A DNA stretch of 64,000 nt from Antedon mediterranea (taxonomy: Eukaryota > Animalia > Echinodermata): positions 12,092,671-12,156,670 of the forward strand of contig NC_092676.1 in NCBI RefSeq assembly GCF_964355755.1, read 5' to 3'. Position 1 is the stretch's first letter. The number at the start of each line of letters is the position of its first letter. The notes below the pieces were generated by a model. It searched no databases, was not told the DNA's origin, and saw only the letters and a program-made list of their open reading frames with translations. The position numbers and the translations under genes are program-made. Positions 41,101-52,803 of the stretch are shown here, in pieces.

Positions 41101-41827
41101 TACTTGTTATTCCATGTATTGATAACGTAATCAATGAATGGTCACTTTTAAAACCCGGTGATATTAAATTTTTTTCAACTTGAGACCAAAGTTCATAGGA
41201 TATAAGAAAATAATCTAACCTACAGAACACTTTTGGAGATTGATTGGAGTGCCATGTAAATTGGGTTTTAGTTGGATTTTCCTGTCTCCAGATGTCAATT
41301 AAATTATAATTGTCTTTTATACTATTTATTTGTTCTACAGATCTCGGGTGAATTTGACCTCTTCCATTTTTCTTATCCAGATCAGGTTCAAGAATTGTAT
41401 TAAAATCTCCGCCTATTATTAGAGAGTACTGTGCGAACTCCTCAATTTTATTATTAAATTGTTCAAAAAAGAAACTGTTGTCATCATTTGGTCCATATAA
41501 ATTTGCAATTGTAATATGTTTATCCTCTATTTGTATATTCATAATAATAAATTTCCCATTTTGATCATTGTATATGTTTCCTATTTTATAGCTGACATTT
41601 AATTTTAAGAGAATACAGACTCCAGCCGAATTATTCTTTCCATTGCTAAATTTAATCTCAGAACCCCAGTCATTACGCCACGCAGTTTCCAGCTCATGTG
41701 TGCAGTGGGTTTCTTGTAGGAGATATATGGAGAAGGGTTGATCCCTTAGCCAATTAAATACGGTGCTGCGTTTAAAAGGGTTTCTAAGCCCCCGTACATT
41801 TAAACTACATATATCTATGCTACCCAT
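38172..41827 (-). CDS. ORF2p endonuclease/reverse transcriptase, split by a single frameshift near 38923-38929 (1218 aa if repaired)
   Basis: APE motifs SLNVRGL, LQETH, NLYGPN, GGDFN, RLDYFL, SDH. Tx1-like RSKARWIEEGEKSTKYF. RT motifs WRPISLLNVDYKI, VDFEKAFD, GLRQGCPLSP, QFADD. The downstream frame (38172-38900) carries the zinc finger CSFC...ETLLHMFFEC. Confidence 0.92.
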
Positions 41828-42307
41828 ATTTATTTTTTTGTGGATTTATTACTGTCTGCGTTATTATTATACATTTAGTTATATCAGAGAGATAATAACA
41901 ATTGAGATCATAAACGTCGTTATAGATACTGTACATCGTTATCTGATGGAAATAAATAGTATATGTTAAGAATGCAAATAATTAGCGGGGTCCGGTTTTG
42001 TATAGCCGTTTCCATTACCGTGGGTATAAAAACATACACATTTAATAGTCTATAAAATGCGATACTCAAAATAAAAAAAATAAATAAAATTAAAGATAAC
42101 ATTAACATTAATTACACTTGAGAACATCAAATACAAATATGCGTAGCATTGGATAACCATCGCCATCTGCGAGTAGCTATCATGTACATGTAAATTGATA
42201 TAAAACATATCTATATTTGCAATGCCGTAGTAATAGATAAAAAAGAAAATTATAAAAAGTGTTCACAGTCTAGGGATCAAAATACCTTTTGTTTACACCC
42301 TGGTAGT

Positions 42308-43177
42308 TCATTTGCTGTTTTGTCCAGGTACGAATGATTCAAAGCGGCCATCTTGCTTCTGGTATCTAATAACTGGAGGCACACAGAACGGGATAAACGC
42401 GAACTTAACGTCCGATCGCCGTCTTATTCTTTCGATGTGATTTTGCCTCAGTATTTTCCGTTGCTCTCTCACCTTCTTTGAAACATCGTCGCTAATATAT
42501 ATAAGATTGGTGTGCAGTGGATTGTTCTTCAGCGTTTTTGCAGCATTCCTCAGTACAAATTGACGATCAGTGAAGCGGAGTAACTTAACATGAATCAGCC
42601 TAGGCGTTTGTTTGCGTTTTGTTGATCCTTTATTATGCAAATAGCCAGGTGTTCTATGGGCGCGTTCGATCTCGATGTGTTCGCCATCTTCCAATTTCAT
42701 ATGGGAGGTTAATATATATTTCACTAATTCTTCACATGTTTTATTTTCCTTGTTTTCATAGCCTTCCGGTACGTTGTGAATTACAAGGTTATTTCTTCTG
42801 GACCTGTTTTCCAGGTCTTCAACTTTGTTTTGTAAATATTCAAAATTACCTGTAATTTCACTTGTCGACTTGCATTTTGTTGTGTTTTCTTCTACACTTT
42901 TACCAATGAATTCTAATGACCGATGAATTTCTGCGATGTCCTGATTTTGTGTTTTGGATTTTCCCTCTGCTTTACTCATCCGGGATTCTAGGTTTTTTAC
43001 ACGCTTATCCATCGATTCTAGTTTTTGAATGATCATGTCCAGTTTCTGGTCTAGTACGGAATTCGACGGTTGGGCTGCGCTTCCCGCGCTGACCGGTTCT
43101 ATTGTTTCCTCGGCGTCCGCCCTTACAGATCTCAGGTGGTAGGTGATTTTTTCTTTGTCTTGTTTTCCACTTTCCAT
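42308..43177 (-). CDS. L1-type ORF1p (coiled coil + RRM + CTD), 289 aa
   Basis: Heptad-rich N-terminal half, then LENRSRRNNLVIHNVPE, IEIERAHR, PRLIHVKL and IYISDDVS, typical of L1/Tx1 ORF1 (transposase-22-like). Confidence 0.9.
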   Translation of the reverse strand: MESGKQDKEKITYHLRSVRADAEETIEPVSAGSAAQPSNSVLDQKLDMIIQKLESMDKRVKNLESRMSKAEGKSKTQNQDIAEIHRSLEFIGKSVEENTTKCKSTSEITGNFEYLQNKVEDLENRSRRNNLVIHNVPEGYENKENKTCEELVKYILTSHMKLEDGEHIEIERAHRTPGYLHNKGSTKRKQTPRLIHVKLLRFTDRQFVLRNAAKTLKNNPLHTNLIYISDDVSKKVREQRKILRQNHIERIRRRSDVKFAFIPFCVPPVIRYQKQDGRFESFVPGQNSK

Positions 43178-43354
43178 AATGAAATTTCCGATTTAACGTC
43201 CAACATCCAATGGAAACATTAATAAAGACAAGTTTGGTTTACAGTATTGTGTGTATTTAGTAATATTTACCACCTTTTTGTGATTCTACAGGTATATGTG
43301 ATGCTCCTCTAGTAAAAACACGTCTTACTCCATAGAGCGCCCTCAATCTCCATT

Positions 43355-43410
43355 GAACCCACGACATACGTGTTGTCAACACGACGCTTAGTCGTCTGAG
43401 CTAACTGGCC
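43355..43410 (-). pseudogene. 5' portion of a tRNA-Ile-like sequence/SINE head split by the LINE (3' portion at ~37973-38001)
   Basis: GGCCAGTTAGCTCAGACGACTAAGCGTCGTGTTGACAACACGTATGTCGTGGGTTC matches the intact copy at 52731-52803. Confidence 0.8.
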
Positions 43411-43553
43411 ATTTTGGTTTTAACAAGGTTAATATGATATTTATGACGTAATGATGAATTACGTAATACACTTATAAATAGACTATTATAAACTGCTCTG
43501 TCATGTACTAGTTTATGGCATGACGGGTAATGCTCAGTTTTGAGTGTTCCCAG

Positions 43554-43976
43554 TATTTTCATTATTAGCTCTGCCCCAAACATGGTGGGCTAGTAGGCCT
43601 ACTGGAGACCTAATATTTAATTTCATATTTCAATGAATAGGTGCACTTTCCGGGGACAAGCTCTATTGTCCTTGTTAGTCTTATATATTTTGTTTCATAT
43701 AATTTCAAATCATGTAAAGTACCAATTTCAGGCGGGAGTCTGTGCAACTCTATTTTTTTTTTATTTTAAACAGTTTGGTATGCCGTCGTGGTTGTTATGC
43801 AAATGAGCTTGTGCACGTGTATTATGGGGAAGATAATATGTTAATCATTAGCGGTCAACACTGCTAAATTTTGATGCTGTTAATATTTACATTAGAATAT
43901 TGTTCAAATCATGTAAATAAAACATTTTCCGGGCGGGAACCCAGCAGCTCTCGAAAAGAACTCCAGGTGGAAAAGA
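43554..43976 (+). repeat. Block X, copy 2
   Basis: Matches 23220-23649; joined to the end of block Y through TA microhomology. Confidence 0.92.
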
Positions 43977-44056
43977 AGCTCACACATGAGTACTGATAAT
44001 GAAGGAGCACATTGGCTTCTTTTGGAGGCTTTATGGCAGTCTTTTTACATGTATTT

Positions 44057-47000
44057 AATTTCAAAAACAATATTTATTTTCAATTAAAAAAAAATAATAA
44101 TAAAAAAATAAAAATATCCGTAGAGGTTCGAACCCAATGCTGAGAGCACACAAACTTGAGCATTATCCGTTACGCAACAAACCAGTAGATGACTGAAGAG
44201 CTGATAATAATCTATTTATATGAAATGAATGATCAATCAATGAAAAATAATGCCATGCAACTTTGTTTCTGATTTTAAAAAATATCCACTTGTTTAGGCC
44301 TGACATTTACAACCCTCAAGATATCTCATTTTCAAAAAAAATATTTATTTTCAATAAGAAAAAAAAAGCAATATCCCTAGTGGTTGGAACACGCTACTGA
44401 GAGCACTCAAACCTGGGTATTACCCGTTACGCCACAAACCAGTAGATGACTGAAGAGCTGATAATATGAAATTAATGATCAATCAATGAAAAATGTGGCG
44501 TAACGGGTAATGCTCAGGTTTGAGTGCTCTCAGCAGTGGGTTCGAACCTATACGGGTATTTTATTTATTCTTTTTTTTTTATTGAAAATAAATATTGTTT
44601 TTGAAAGTGAGATATTTTGAGGGTTGCAACTGTCAAGCCTAAACAAGTGAACCTTTTAAAAATCAGAAACAAAGTTGCATGGCATTATTTTTCATTGATT
44701 GATCATCTATTTCATATAAATAGACTATTATCAGCTCTTCAGTCATCTACTGGTTTGCGGCGTAACGGGTAATGCTCAGGCTTGAGTGATTTCAGTAGTG
44801 GGTTAGAACTTCTAGGGATATTTGTTTTCTTTTTTTTTTAAATTGAAAATAAATATTGTTTTTGAAAGTGAGATATTTTGAGGGTTGTAAATGTCAGGCC
44901 TAAACAAGTGGACCTTTTTTAAAATCAGAAACAAAGTTGCATGGCATTAATTTTCATTGATTGATCATTCATTTCATATATATAGACTATTATCAGCTCC
45001 TCAGTCATCTACTGGTTTGTGGCGTAAAGGGTAATGCTCAGCCTGGAGTGATTTCAATAGTGGGTTCGAACTTCTTTTTTTCTTATTTGAAAATAAATAT
45101 TGTTTTTGAAAGTGAGATATTGTTATAGTTGTAAATGTCAGGCCTAAACAAGTGGACCTTTTTTAAAATCAGAAACAAAGTTGCATAACATTATTTTTCA
45201 TTGATTGATCATTCATTTCATATAAATAGACTATTATCAGCTCTTCACTCATCTACTGGGTGGTGGCATAACCGGTAATGCTCATGTTTGAGTTCTCTCA
45301 GTAGTGGGTTCGACCCTCTAAGAAAATGTTTTTTTTTTTTTTTTTTATTGAAAATAAATATTGTTTTTGATAGTGAGATATTTTTATGGTTGTAAATGTC
45401 ATGCCTAACCAAGTGGACCTTTTTAAAAATCAGAAACAAAGTTGCATAACATCATTTTACATTGATTGATCATTCATTTCATATAAATAGACTATTATGA
45501 TCTCTTCAGTCATCTACTGGTTTGTGGCGTAACCGGTAATGTTCAGGTTTGAGTTCTCTCAGTAGTGGGTTTGAACCTCTTGGGATATTTTTTTTCTTTT
45601 TTTTTTTAATTGAAAATAAATATTGTTTTTGAAAGTTAGATATTTTGAGGGTTGTAAGTGCCAGGCCTAAACAAGTGGACCTTTTTTAAAATCAGAAACA
45701 AAGTTGCATGGCATTTTTTTCATTGATTTATTATTCATTTCATATAAATAGAGTATTATTAGCTCTTCAGTCATCTACTGGTTTGTGGCGTAGCGGGTAA
45801 TGCTCTCAGCAGTGGGTTCCAACCTACACGGGAATTTTTTTTCTTTTTTTTTTTAATTGAAAATAAATTTTGTTTTTGAAAGTGAGGTATTTTGAGGGTT
45901 GTAAATGTCAGGCCTAAACAAGTGGACCTTTTTTAAAATCAGAAACAAAGTTTCATGGCATTATTTTTCATTGATTGATCATTCATTTCATATAAATAGA
46001 CTATTATCAGCTCTTCAGTCATCTACTGGTTTGTGGCGTAACGGGTAATGCTCAGGTTTGAGTGCTCTGAGTAGTGGGTTGAACCTCTAGGGATACTTTT
46101 TTTTCTTTTTTTTTAAAATTGAAAATAAATATTGTTTTTGAAAGTGAGATATTTTGAGGGTTGTAAATGTCAGGCCTAAACAAGTGGACCTTTTTTAAAA
46201 TCAGAAACAAAGTTGCATAACATCATTTTACATTGATTGATCATTCATTTCATATAAATAGACTATTATGATCTCTTCAGTCATCTACTGGTTTCTGGCG
46301 TAACCGGTAATGCTCAGGTTTGAGTGATTTCAATAGTGGGTTCGAACTTCTATGGATATTTTTTTTCTTTTTTTTTATTTGAAAATAATTATTGTTTTTG
46401 AAAGTGAGATATTTTGAGGGTTGTAAATGTCAGGCCTAAACAAGTGGACCTTTTTTAAAATCAGAAACAACGTTGCATGGCATTATTTTTCATTGAATGA
46501 TCATTAATTTCATATAAATAGACTATTATCAGCTCCTCAGTCATCTACTGGTTTGTGTCGTAACGGGTAATACTCAGGTTTAAGTGCTCTCAGCAGTGGG
46601 TTCGAACCTATACGGGTATTTTATTTCTTCTTTTTTTTTTATTGAAAATAAATATTGTTTTTGAAAGTGAGATATTTTGAGGGTTGCAACTGTCAAGCCT
46701 AAACAAGTGAACCTTTTTAAAATCAGAAACAAAGTTGCATGGCATTATTTTTCATTGATTGATCATCTATTTCATATAAATAGACTATTGTCAGCTCTTC
46801 AGTCATCTACTGGTTTGTGGCGTAACGGGAAATGCTCAGGTTTGAGTGATCTCAGCAGTGGGTTCGAACCTACACGGGTATTTTTTTTCTTTTTTTTTAA
46901 ATTGAAAATAAATATTGTTTTTGAAAGTGAGATATTTTGAGGGTTGTAAATGTCAGGCCTAAACAAGTGGACCTTTTTTAAAATCAGAAACAAAGTTGCA

Positions 47001-48259
47001 TAGCATTATTTTTCATCTATTGATCATTAATTTCATATAAATAGACTATTATCAGCTCCTCAGTCATCTACTGGTTTGTGTCGTAACGGGTAATACTCAG
47101 GTTTGAGTGCTCTCAGTAGTGAGTTCGAACCTCTAGGGTTTTTTTTTTTTTTTAAATTGAAAATAAATATTGTTTTTGAAAGTGAGATATTTTGAAGGTT
47201 GTAAATATCAGGCCTAAACAAGTGGACCTTTTTTAAAATCAGAAACAAAGTTGCATGGCATTATTTTTCATTGATTTATTATTTATTTCATATAAATGGA
47301 GTATTATCAGCTCTTCAGTCATCTACTGGTTTGTGGCGTAACGGGTAATGCTCAGGTTTGAGTGCTCTCAGCAGTGGGTTCGAACCTATACGGGTATTTT
47401 ATTTCTTCTTTTTTTTTTTATTGAAAATAAATATTGTTTTTGAAAGAGAGATATTTTGAGGGTTGCAACTGTCAAGCCTAAACAAGTGAACCTTTTTAAA
47501 ATCAGAAACAAAGTTGCATGGCATTATTTTTCATTGATTGATCATCTATTTCATATAAATAGACTATTATCAGCTCTTCAGTCATCTACTGGTTTGTGGC
47601 GTAACGGGAAATGCACAGGTTTGAGTGATCTCAGCAGTGGGTTCGAACCTACACGGGTATTTTTGTTCTTTTTTTTTTAATTGAAAATAAATATTGTTTT
47701 TGAAAGTGAGATATTTTGAGGGTTGTAAATGTCAGGCCTAAACAAGTGTACCTTTTTTAAAATCAGAAACAAATTTGCATGGCATTATTTTTCATTGATT
47801 GATCATTAATTTCATATTATCAGCTCTTCAGTCACCTACTGTTTTGTGGCGTAACGGGTAATACCCAGGTTTGAGTGCTCTTAGTAGCGCGTTAAATTAA
47901 ATTAATGATCAATCAATGAAAAATAATGCCATGCAACTTTGTTTCTGATTTTAAAAAAGGTCCACTTCTTTAGGCCTGACATTTACAACCCTCAAAATAT
48001 CTCATTTAAAAAAAAAAATTTATTTTCAATTAAAAAAAAAAAGCAAAAAGAAATATCCCTAGAGGTTCGAACCCACTACTGAGAGCACTCAGACCTGAGT
48101 ATTACCCGTTACGCCATAAACCAGTTGATGACTGAGGAGCTGATAATAGTCTATTTATATAAAATGAATGATCAATCAATGAAAAATAATGCCATGCAAC
48201 TTTGTTTTTGATTTTAAAAAAGGTCCACTTGTTTAGGCCTGACATTAACAACCCTCAAA
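44057..48259. repeat. ~260-bp satellite, array 2; forward to ~44493, reversed to ~47890, forward again to 48259
   Basis: Same monomer as array 1; junctions CAATGAAAAA|TGTGGCGTAACGG and TAGTAGCGCG|TTAAATTAAATTAATGATC. Confidence 0.93.
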
Positions 48260-48260
48260 C

Positions 48261-51200
48261 CACTGTTTCAATACGGAAGAAAAGTTCTTACAGCGCGTTT
48301 GATTGTTTTTATTAGCGCGAGCCTTTTCATGACGTCATTTGGTCTGTTTATTTTTAGATTTGCTACGTAAATGTATCGATGTGGAAGCGGTAGTATCATG
48401 CTCATAGATCATCAATTATGTCTTAAATATAAGGCTAAACACGACTATTATTATATTTTTTAATAAAATATATTACATAATTCCACAGAATATAACTTAC
48501 AATTGGAATAATAAAAGAAAATACGCACAATAATAATGTAAACATAGTCGAATTTTAGAGCCTAGCGCGCGCTTCTTAACGAACGATCGAACACAGAAGC
48601 GAAAAAAAAATAACCGCTCTAAGAAACTCAGATACAGAAAATCCCCCGCTATTCTTATATTCTATTTAAAGTGTAAGTGTTCTATAGGTATTTAACTGAT
48701 TTATTATCTTTAAAATAAAATGTCGTTTTTTTCCTAAATCCTGTAATTCACAGGTTTATAAGTTAGTGTTTCACGGTAGATATAGGGTTTATCAAAAACA
48801 TCGCGGTGACTGACCTAGCTAGGCCTTCACCAGCGGCGTATTCAGTAAAAAGTAGGTCACGGGGTCAGCGTACTCTAAGGTGTCGACTACCTGAAGGGGA
48901 TGGAGGAGGGGCCTAGGTTTAAATAATAGACAGTAGTTTTAGGAAAAAACTATAAAATAACAATCTATGTATTATATAATGTCTTAACTTTTCTTTCTCA
49001 ATATTGTTCTTTATTTTAATCACTCAGTTAGTTGAATCTACTGTACAATTATCAGTCTATAGGCCTATATGCTACCTACTGTATTAAATTTATATTGTAG
49101 GCTTTATTAATACACTATATACCCAAGGAAAAATGTTACATTAAATTATGATTTTGTTATTTACAGTATATTATGGATTTCCATAACTCTTCCCAAGATG
49201 GGATATGCTGTGCCCGTGGGAAAAAATATAAATCCCCAACAAAAGGTCTGCAACGAAAAAGAAAGCATCCTACAATAGGCATGTTATGCAACATTTTTAA
49301 TCATCTGGTTTCTTCTTTGTTTGTTTGGAGATGAAGGAGCAAACAATGTGCATCATGACAAAAAAAATGGTTGAAATTCATCAAGTTGTGACAGAGTTGC
49401 AGATTTTTAAACTATTTTTTGCGGGGCACTTTACTGAAATTCTTGTATAGGGATTATACTATACATACATGGCACCGTGATCAAATAATGACTAAGTTTT
49501 ACTACTTTTTTTGCATTCTGTTTAATTTTTATTGAGATATATTTCAATAACCATTATAGGTAGAGATCTATTTGTCCATATATACAATGTATATCCAAGC
49601 ACTTGTATTACTTGTTATTTGTTCAGAGAACAATCACTATTTCTTTGAACCATAATCAAGATCAGCACCATTGTACAACACATGAACACAGGCTTTTTAA
49701 TTTACAGCAGGCTAATGATTTGTAGTGTGTCTTATTTGTAACAAGATTTTATGTCCAAATTATTTAGTTTCTTCGTGTGGCCACAGTTTCTGTAATGAAT
49801 TTGTAAACTCCACATTTTCTGCTTTACTTCGTAAACAAATTCCGTGTTGCATATGCAACAGTCAAGTAATTAAATATGATTTAGCACCTCCCCAACCTCT
49901 GGCAAAACATGCTTTACTTGATGTTAAAGTATTGTGTACGAAGTGCAATGTTACAGCAATTCTATAAACGGTCGTCAAATATGTATTCCTAATGCACGCT
50001 ATCCTGTTATTCAGGAACAGAGGGAGTTGGAGGCAATGACACACAGCATTCTAGAAGTAGTCAACACGAATCATATCTACAAGTGTGTTCAACACCTTTC
50101 AGACAAAGTCCTTTTAAAAATCAAGCAAATTTCTGATCTGAAAAATATAATTTTGCAGGTTATTGGATCTTATATGTTTAATTTAAATTCCAGAGTGTTT
50201 ATAAAATTGATTATTTCTTGTACTGTTGATATTACATTTACAGTATTTTATAAAGCTTTTACTATTTTCTGTTAAATACCATCAGCTCACCTCTGGTTCC
50301 CCATTTCTCCACCTCAGTTTCCAGACTTCATGTAGGGTGCCACCACCCAGACCTATAATATACCTAGATGTATCAAAAAAGTATTATTTTAAAAAAATGT
50401 AAATATTAAACTTAAATACTTACCACTGGTCATATATGTAAATTAAGTAGTAGCCTACTAGGCTAGGCCTACATATTTTATTAAGTTTATTTCAAACGAA
50501 AGTTGCCACTTAAAAGCATGAAACACAAACAGAAAACAGGTACAATAAATACTCTATATGAAGCAAACTTAAATAAATAGCCTACTATACTACTGCTGGG
50601 TGGCAGGTCGTCCTTTCTTGTTGGCCTAGCTAGGCTATCAATAATAGTACTGTATGTGTAAATAAATATGTTATCCTAGGCTGCAAGGCCTAGCCTAATC
50701 TATCCAGCATTTTATGCTCACAAAACTGATCTATTATTTGTCTTTTATTGTTTTAACTAGCTACTACGAGGCCTATTATGCACAATTATCCTTGATTATA
50801 ACCATGCGTTAAAGTTGGCCGGCATACCCCCACAGACAACCACTTTACTCGATTACACAAAAAAACGACATCGCAGTTTTTTATTATAATAAAAATGTAT
50901 AACTAATCATATTAAATATATTTATATGAACTCATAATTAGTTCTATATATTTTTATTCATGTAATTAAAATTTCTGTATAATCTAAGGTTGAAAAATAT
51001 TCAAAAAGTCATGTATATACACCTACCATGATCGATCGTTCAGGCCATGTTGTAAAATGAAATAAGAAAAATGACGGGTTTCTTCGAGAAATAAAAGTCC
51101 TTGGACGACAACCTCATGAATATTTATTTTTTTTTTGGCATTTAAACGTTGTCATTGGTAAGTTTTGTTTAAAGGTAAACACACGTGTTTACTCATGGAT

Positions 51201-51302
51201 ATTGTAATGCGCCCTCTAGTGTATAGTTTATATAAATAATGCGCGGTTTGAAAACTGAGGGCGTCCTACTTATTTACTCGCGATTGCATAGACTGAAACT
51301 AG
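48261..51302 (+). mobile_element. Decayed CAC-terminated DNA transposon, probably Chapaev-like (RAG1 N-terminus-related zinc fingers)
   Basis: A 3-kb non-satellite block with sharp edges. The left end is CACTGTTTCAATAC and the right end GACTGAAACTAG (imperfect inverted repeat). Contains remnants of Chapa-like and RING domains; no DDE domain seen. Confidence 0.6.
49173..49967 (+). pseudogene. Degenerate transposase N-terminus: Chapa/RAG1-like zinc finger and C3HC4 RING plus an adjacent Cys pair
   Basis: 49173-49334 reads MDFHNSSQDGICCARGKK (H-x7-C spacing as in RAG1 HQANLRHLCRICG). 49725-49967 reads CLICNKIL..SSCGHSFC...CCIC...DLAPP...LLDVKVLCTKC. Contains stops and frameshifts. Confidence 0.62.
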
Positions 51303-52544
51303 GGATATTGCTTTTTTTTTTCTTATTGAAAATAAATATTTTTTTTGAGAATGAGATATTTTGAGGGTTTTAAATGTCAGGCCTAAACAAATGGATCTTT
51401 TTTAAAGTCAGAAACAAAGTTGCAATGCATTATTTTTCATTGATTGATCATTCATTTCATATTATCAGCACTTCAGTCATCTATTGGTTTTTGGCATAAC
51501 GGGTAATACCCAGGTTTTAGTGCTCTTAGTAGCGGGTGCCAACCTCTAGGGATATTGCTTTTTTTTTTCTTATTGAAAATAAATATTTTTTTTTAGAATG
51601 AGATATTTTGAGGGTTGTAAATATCAGGCCTAAACAAGTGGACCATTTATAAAATCAGAAACAAAGTTGCATAACATTATTTTTCATTGATTGATCATTC
51701 ATTTCAAATAAATAGACTATTATCAGCTCTTCACTCATCTACTGTTTGTGGCGTAACCGGTAATGCTCAGGTTTGAGTTCTCTCAGTAGTGGGTTCGAAC
51801 CTCTAGGAATATTTTTTTCTTTTTTTTTTAATTGAAAATAAATATTGTTTTTGATAGTGAGATATTTTTATGGTTGTAAATGTCATGCCTAACCAAGTGG
51901 ACATTTATAAAGAATTGCACTTATACTTATACTTATTACCATACATAATCACCTATGATATTTATGATATTTGTTAAAAATTCAACTATCCAGATGCGAA
52001 TTCAAAAGTTTAGGTAGAGTTTTCTACTTTAAAAACCCGACTTCGTATATGCCTAAGGCCTAGCCCGGCGGCGGAATTAGTCTAAGTTTCGAAATCGGTC
52101 TGGAAATTGGCATCTTTGCAAATGTTCTATATTTGATCTATTTCACTCTCCATTAACCCCATAAAAAAATCATCGGAGACAAACTATCTGTTCAAAACAT
52201 GTTTATTCTGGGACGGTGCGGCCATACACACCAACTACCATCCATAAATGTTTATTCATAACATATTACAATACAATATCTTGCATGAATCAGACATTTC
52301 GCTTCAAATGTAGCAACATTGATTAACAAAATCAAAATTCAACAGTGTGGCGTGTTGACCGCGAATTACTAACAATACCATCTTCCCCACTACACCTGCA
52401 AAAACTCATTTGCATAATAACAAACGGCATACCAAACATACATTCTCTTCTAAACACGTAACGAAGATAAATTAATTTCTTTTTACATTAAATTGAGGGC
52501 GCTAAACATAAAATTTACGAGATCAAATACATATAGCGAAAGCC

Positions 52545-52803
52545 AAAAAAAATTTTAAAATGTGCTCTCCCTGCCTCAGCACTAAGGCCCTGCAACAGCC
52601 TTGGGGTCGTTTCCACCACATCATCACCAGATGCATTGCTTGTGCCTTCTCAAGATGTGTGGTGCAAAGGGGGAAGTAAAATCTGTGAACCCCAAACACT
52701 GTTGGTCGCATACCTTTAACTCTATTCCACCGACCAGCGTGGGAATCGAACCCACGACATATGTGTTGTCAACACGACGCTCAGTCGTCTGAGCTAACTG
52801 GCC
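52545..52803 (-). mobile_element. Putative tRNA-derived SINE (~260 bp)
   Basis: tRNA-like head followed by a ~170-bp GC-richer body ending in an AT-rich/T-run stretch. No TSD seen. The only two copies here are related by duplication. Confidence 0.5.
52731..52803 (-). tRNA. tRNA-Ile(AAT)-like pseudogene or SINE head (anticodon position now reads GAC)
   Basis: GGCCAGT TA GCTC AGACGACT GAGC G TCGTG TTGACAA CACAT ATGTC GTGGG TTCGATT CCCAC GCTGGTC G. Acceptor, D and T stems pair. The anticodon stem has 2 mismatches and the D-loop GG is absent. The backbone resembles animal tRNA-Ile (GGCCGGTTAGCTCAG...). Confidence 0.7.

Larger units (their letters stand above)
38002..43354 (-). mobile_element. 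Full-length Tx1/L1-clade non-LTR retrotransposon (5353 bp)
   Basis: ORF1, a 480-bp spacer, ORF2 (APE-RT-CCHC zinc finger), a short 3' UTR, and AATAAA running into a poly(A) tail (T27 at 38002-38028). TSD GAACCCACGACA(T) at 37990-38001 and 43355-43366; the empty site has a single copy at 52748-52759. Confidence 0.95.

Noticed and set aside
38248-42855. Plus-strand and nested small ORFs over the LINE
   Set aside because: Antisense or alternative-frame shadows of ORF1/ORF2; the inter-ORF 62-aa frame is low-complexity.
48261-48300. RSS-like heptamer/nonamer at the left end of the CAC element
   Set aside because: Only CACTGT resembles a heptamer. There is no clear nonamer at 12/23 spacing and no RAG1 core or RAG2 remnant, so a true RAG transposon is not supported.
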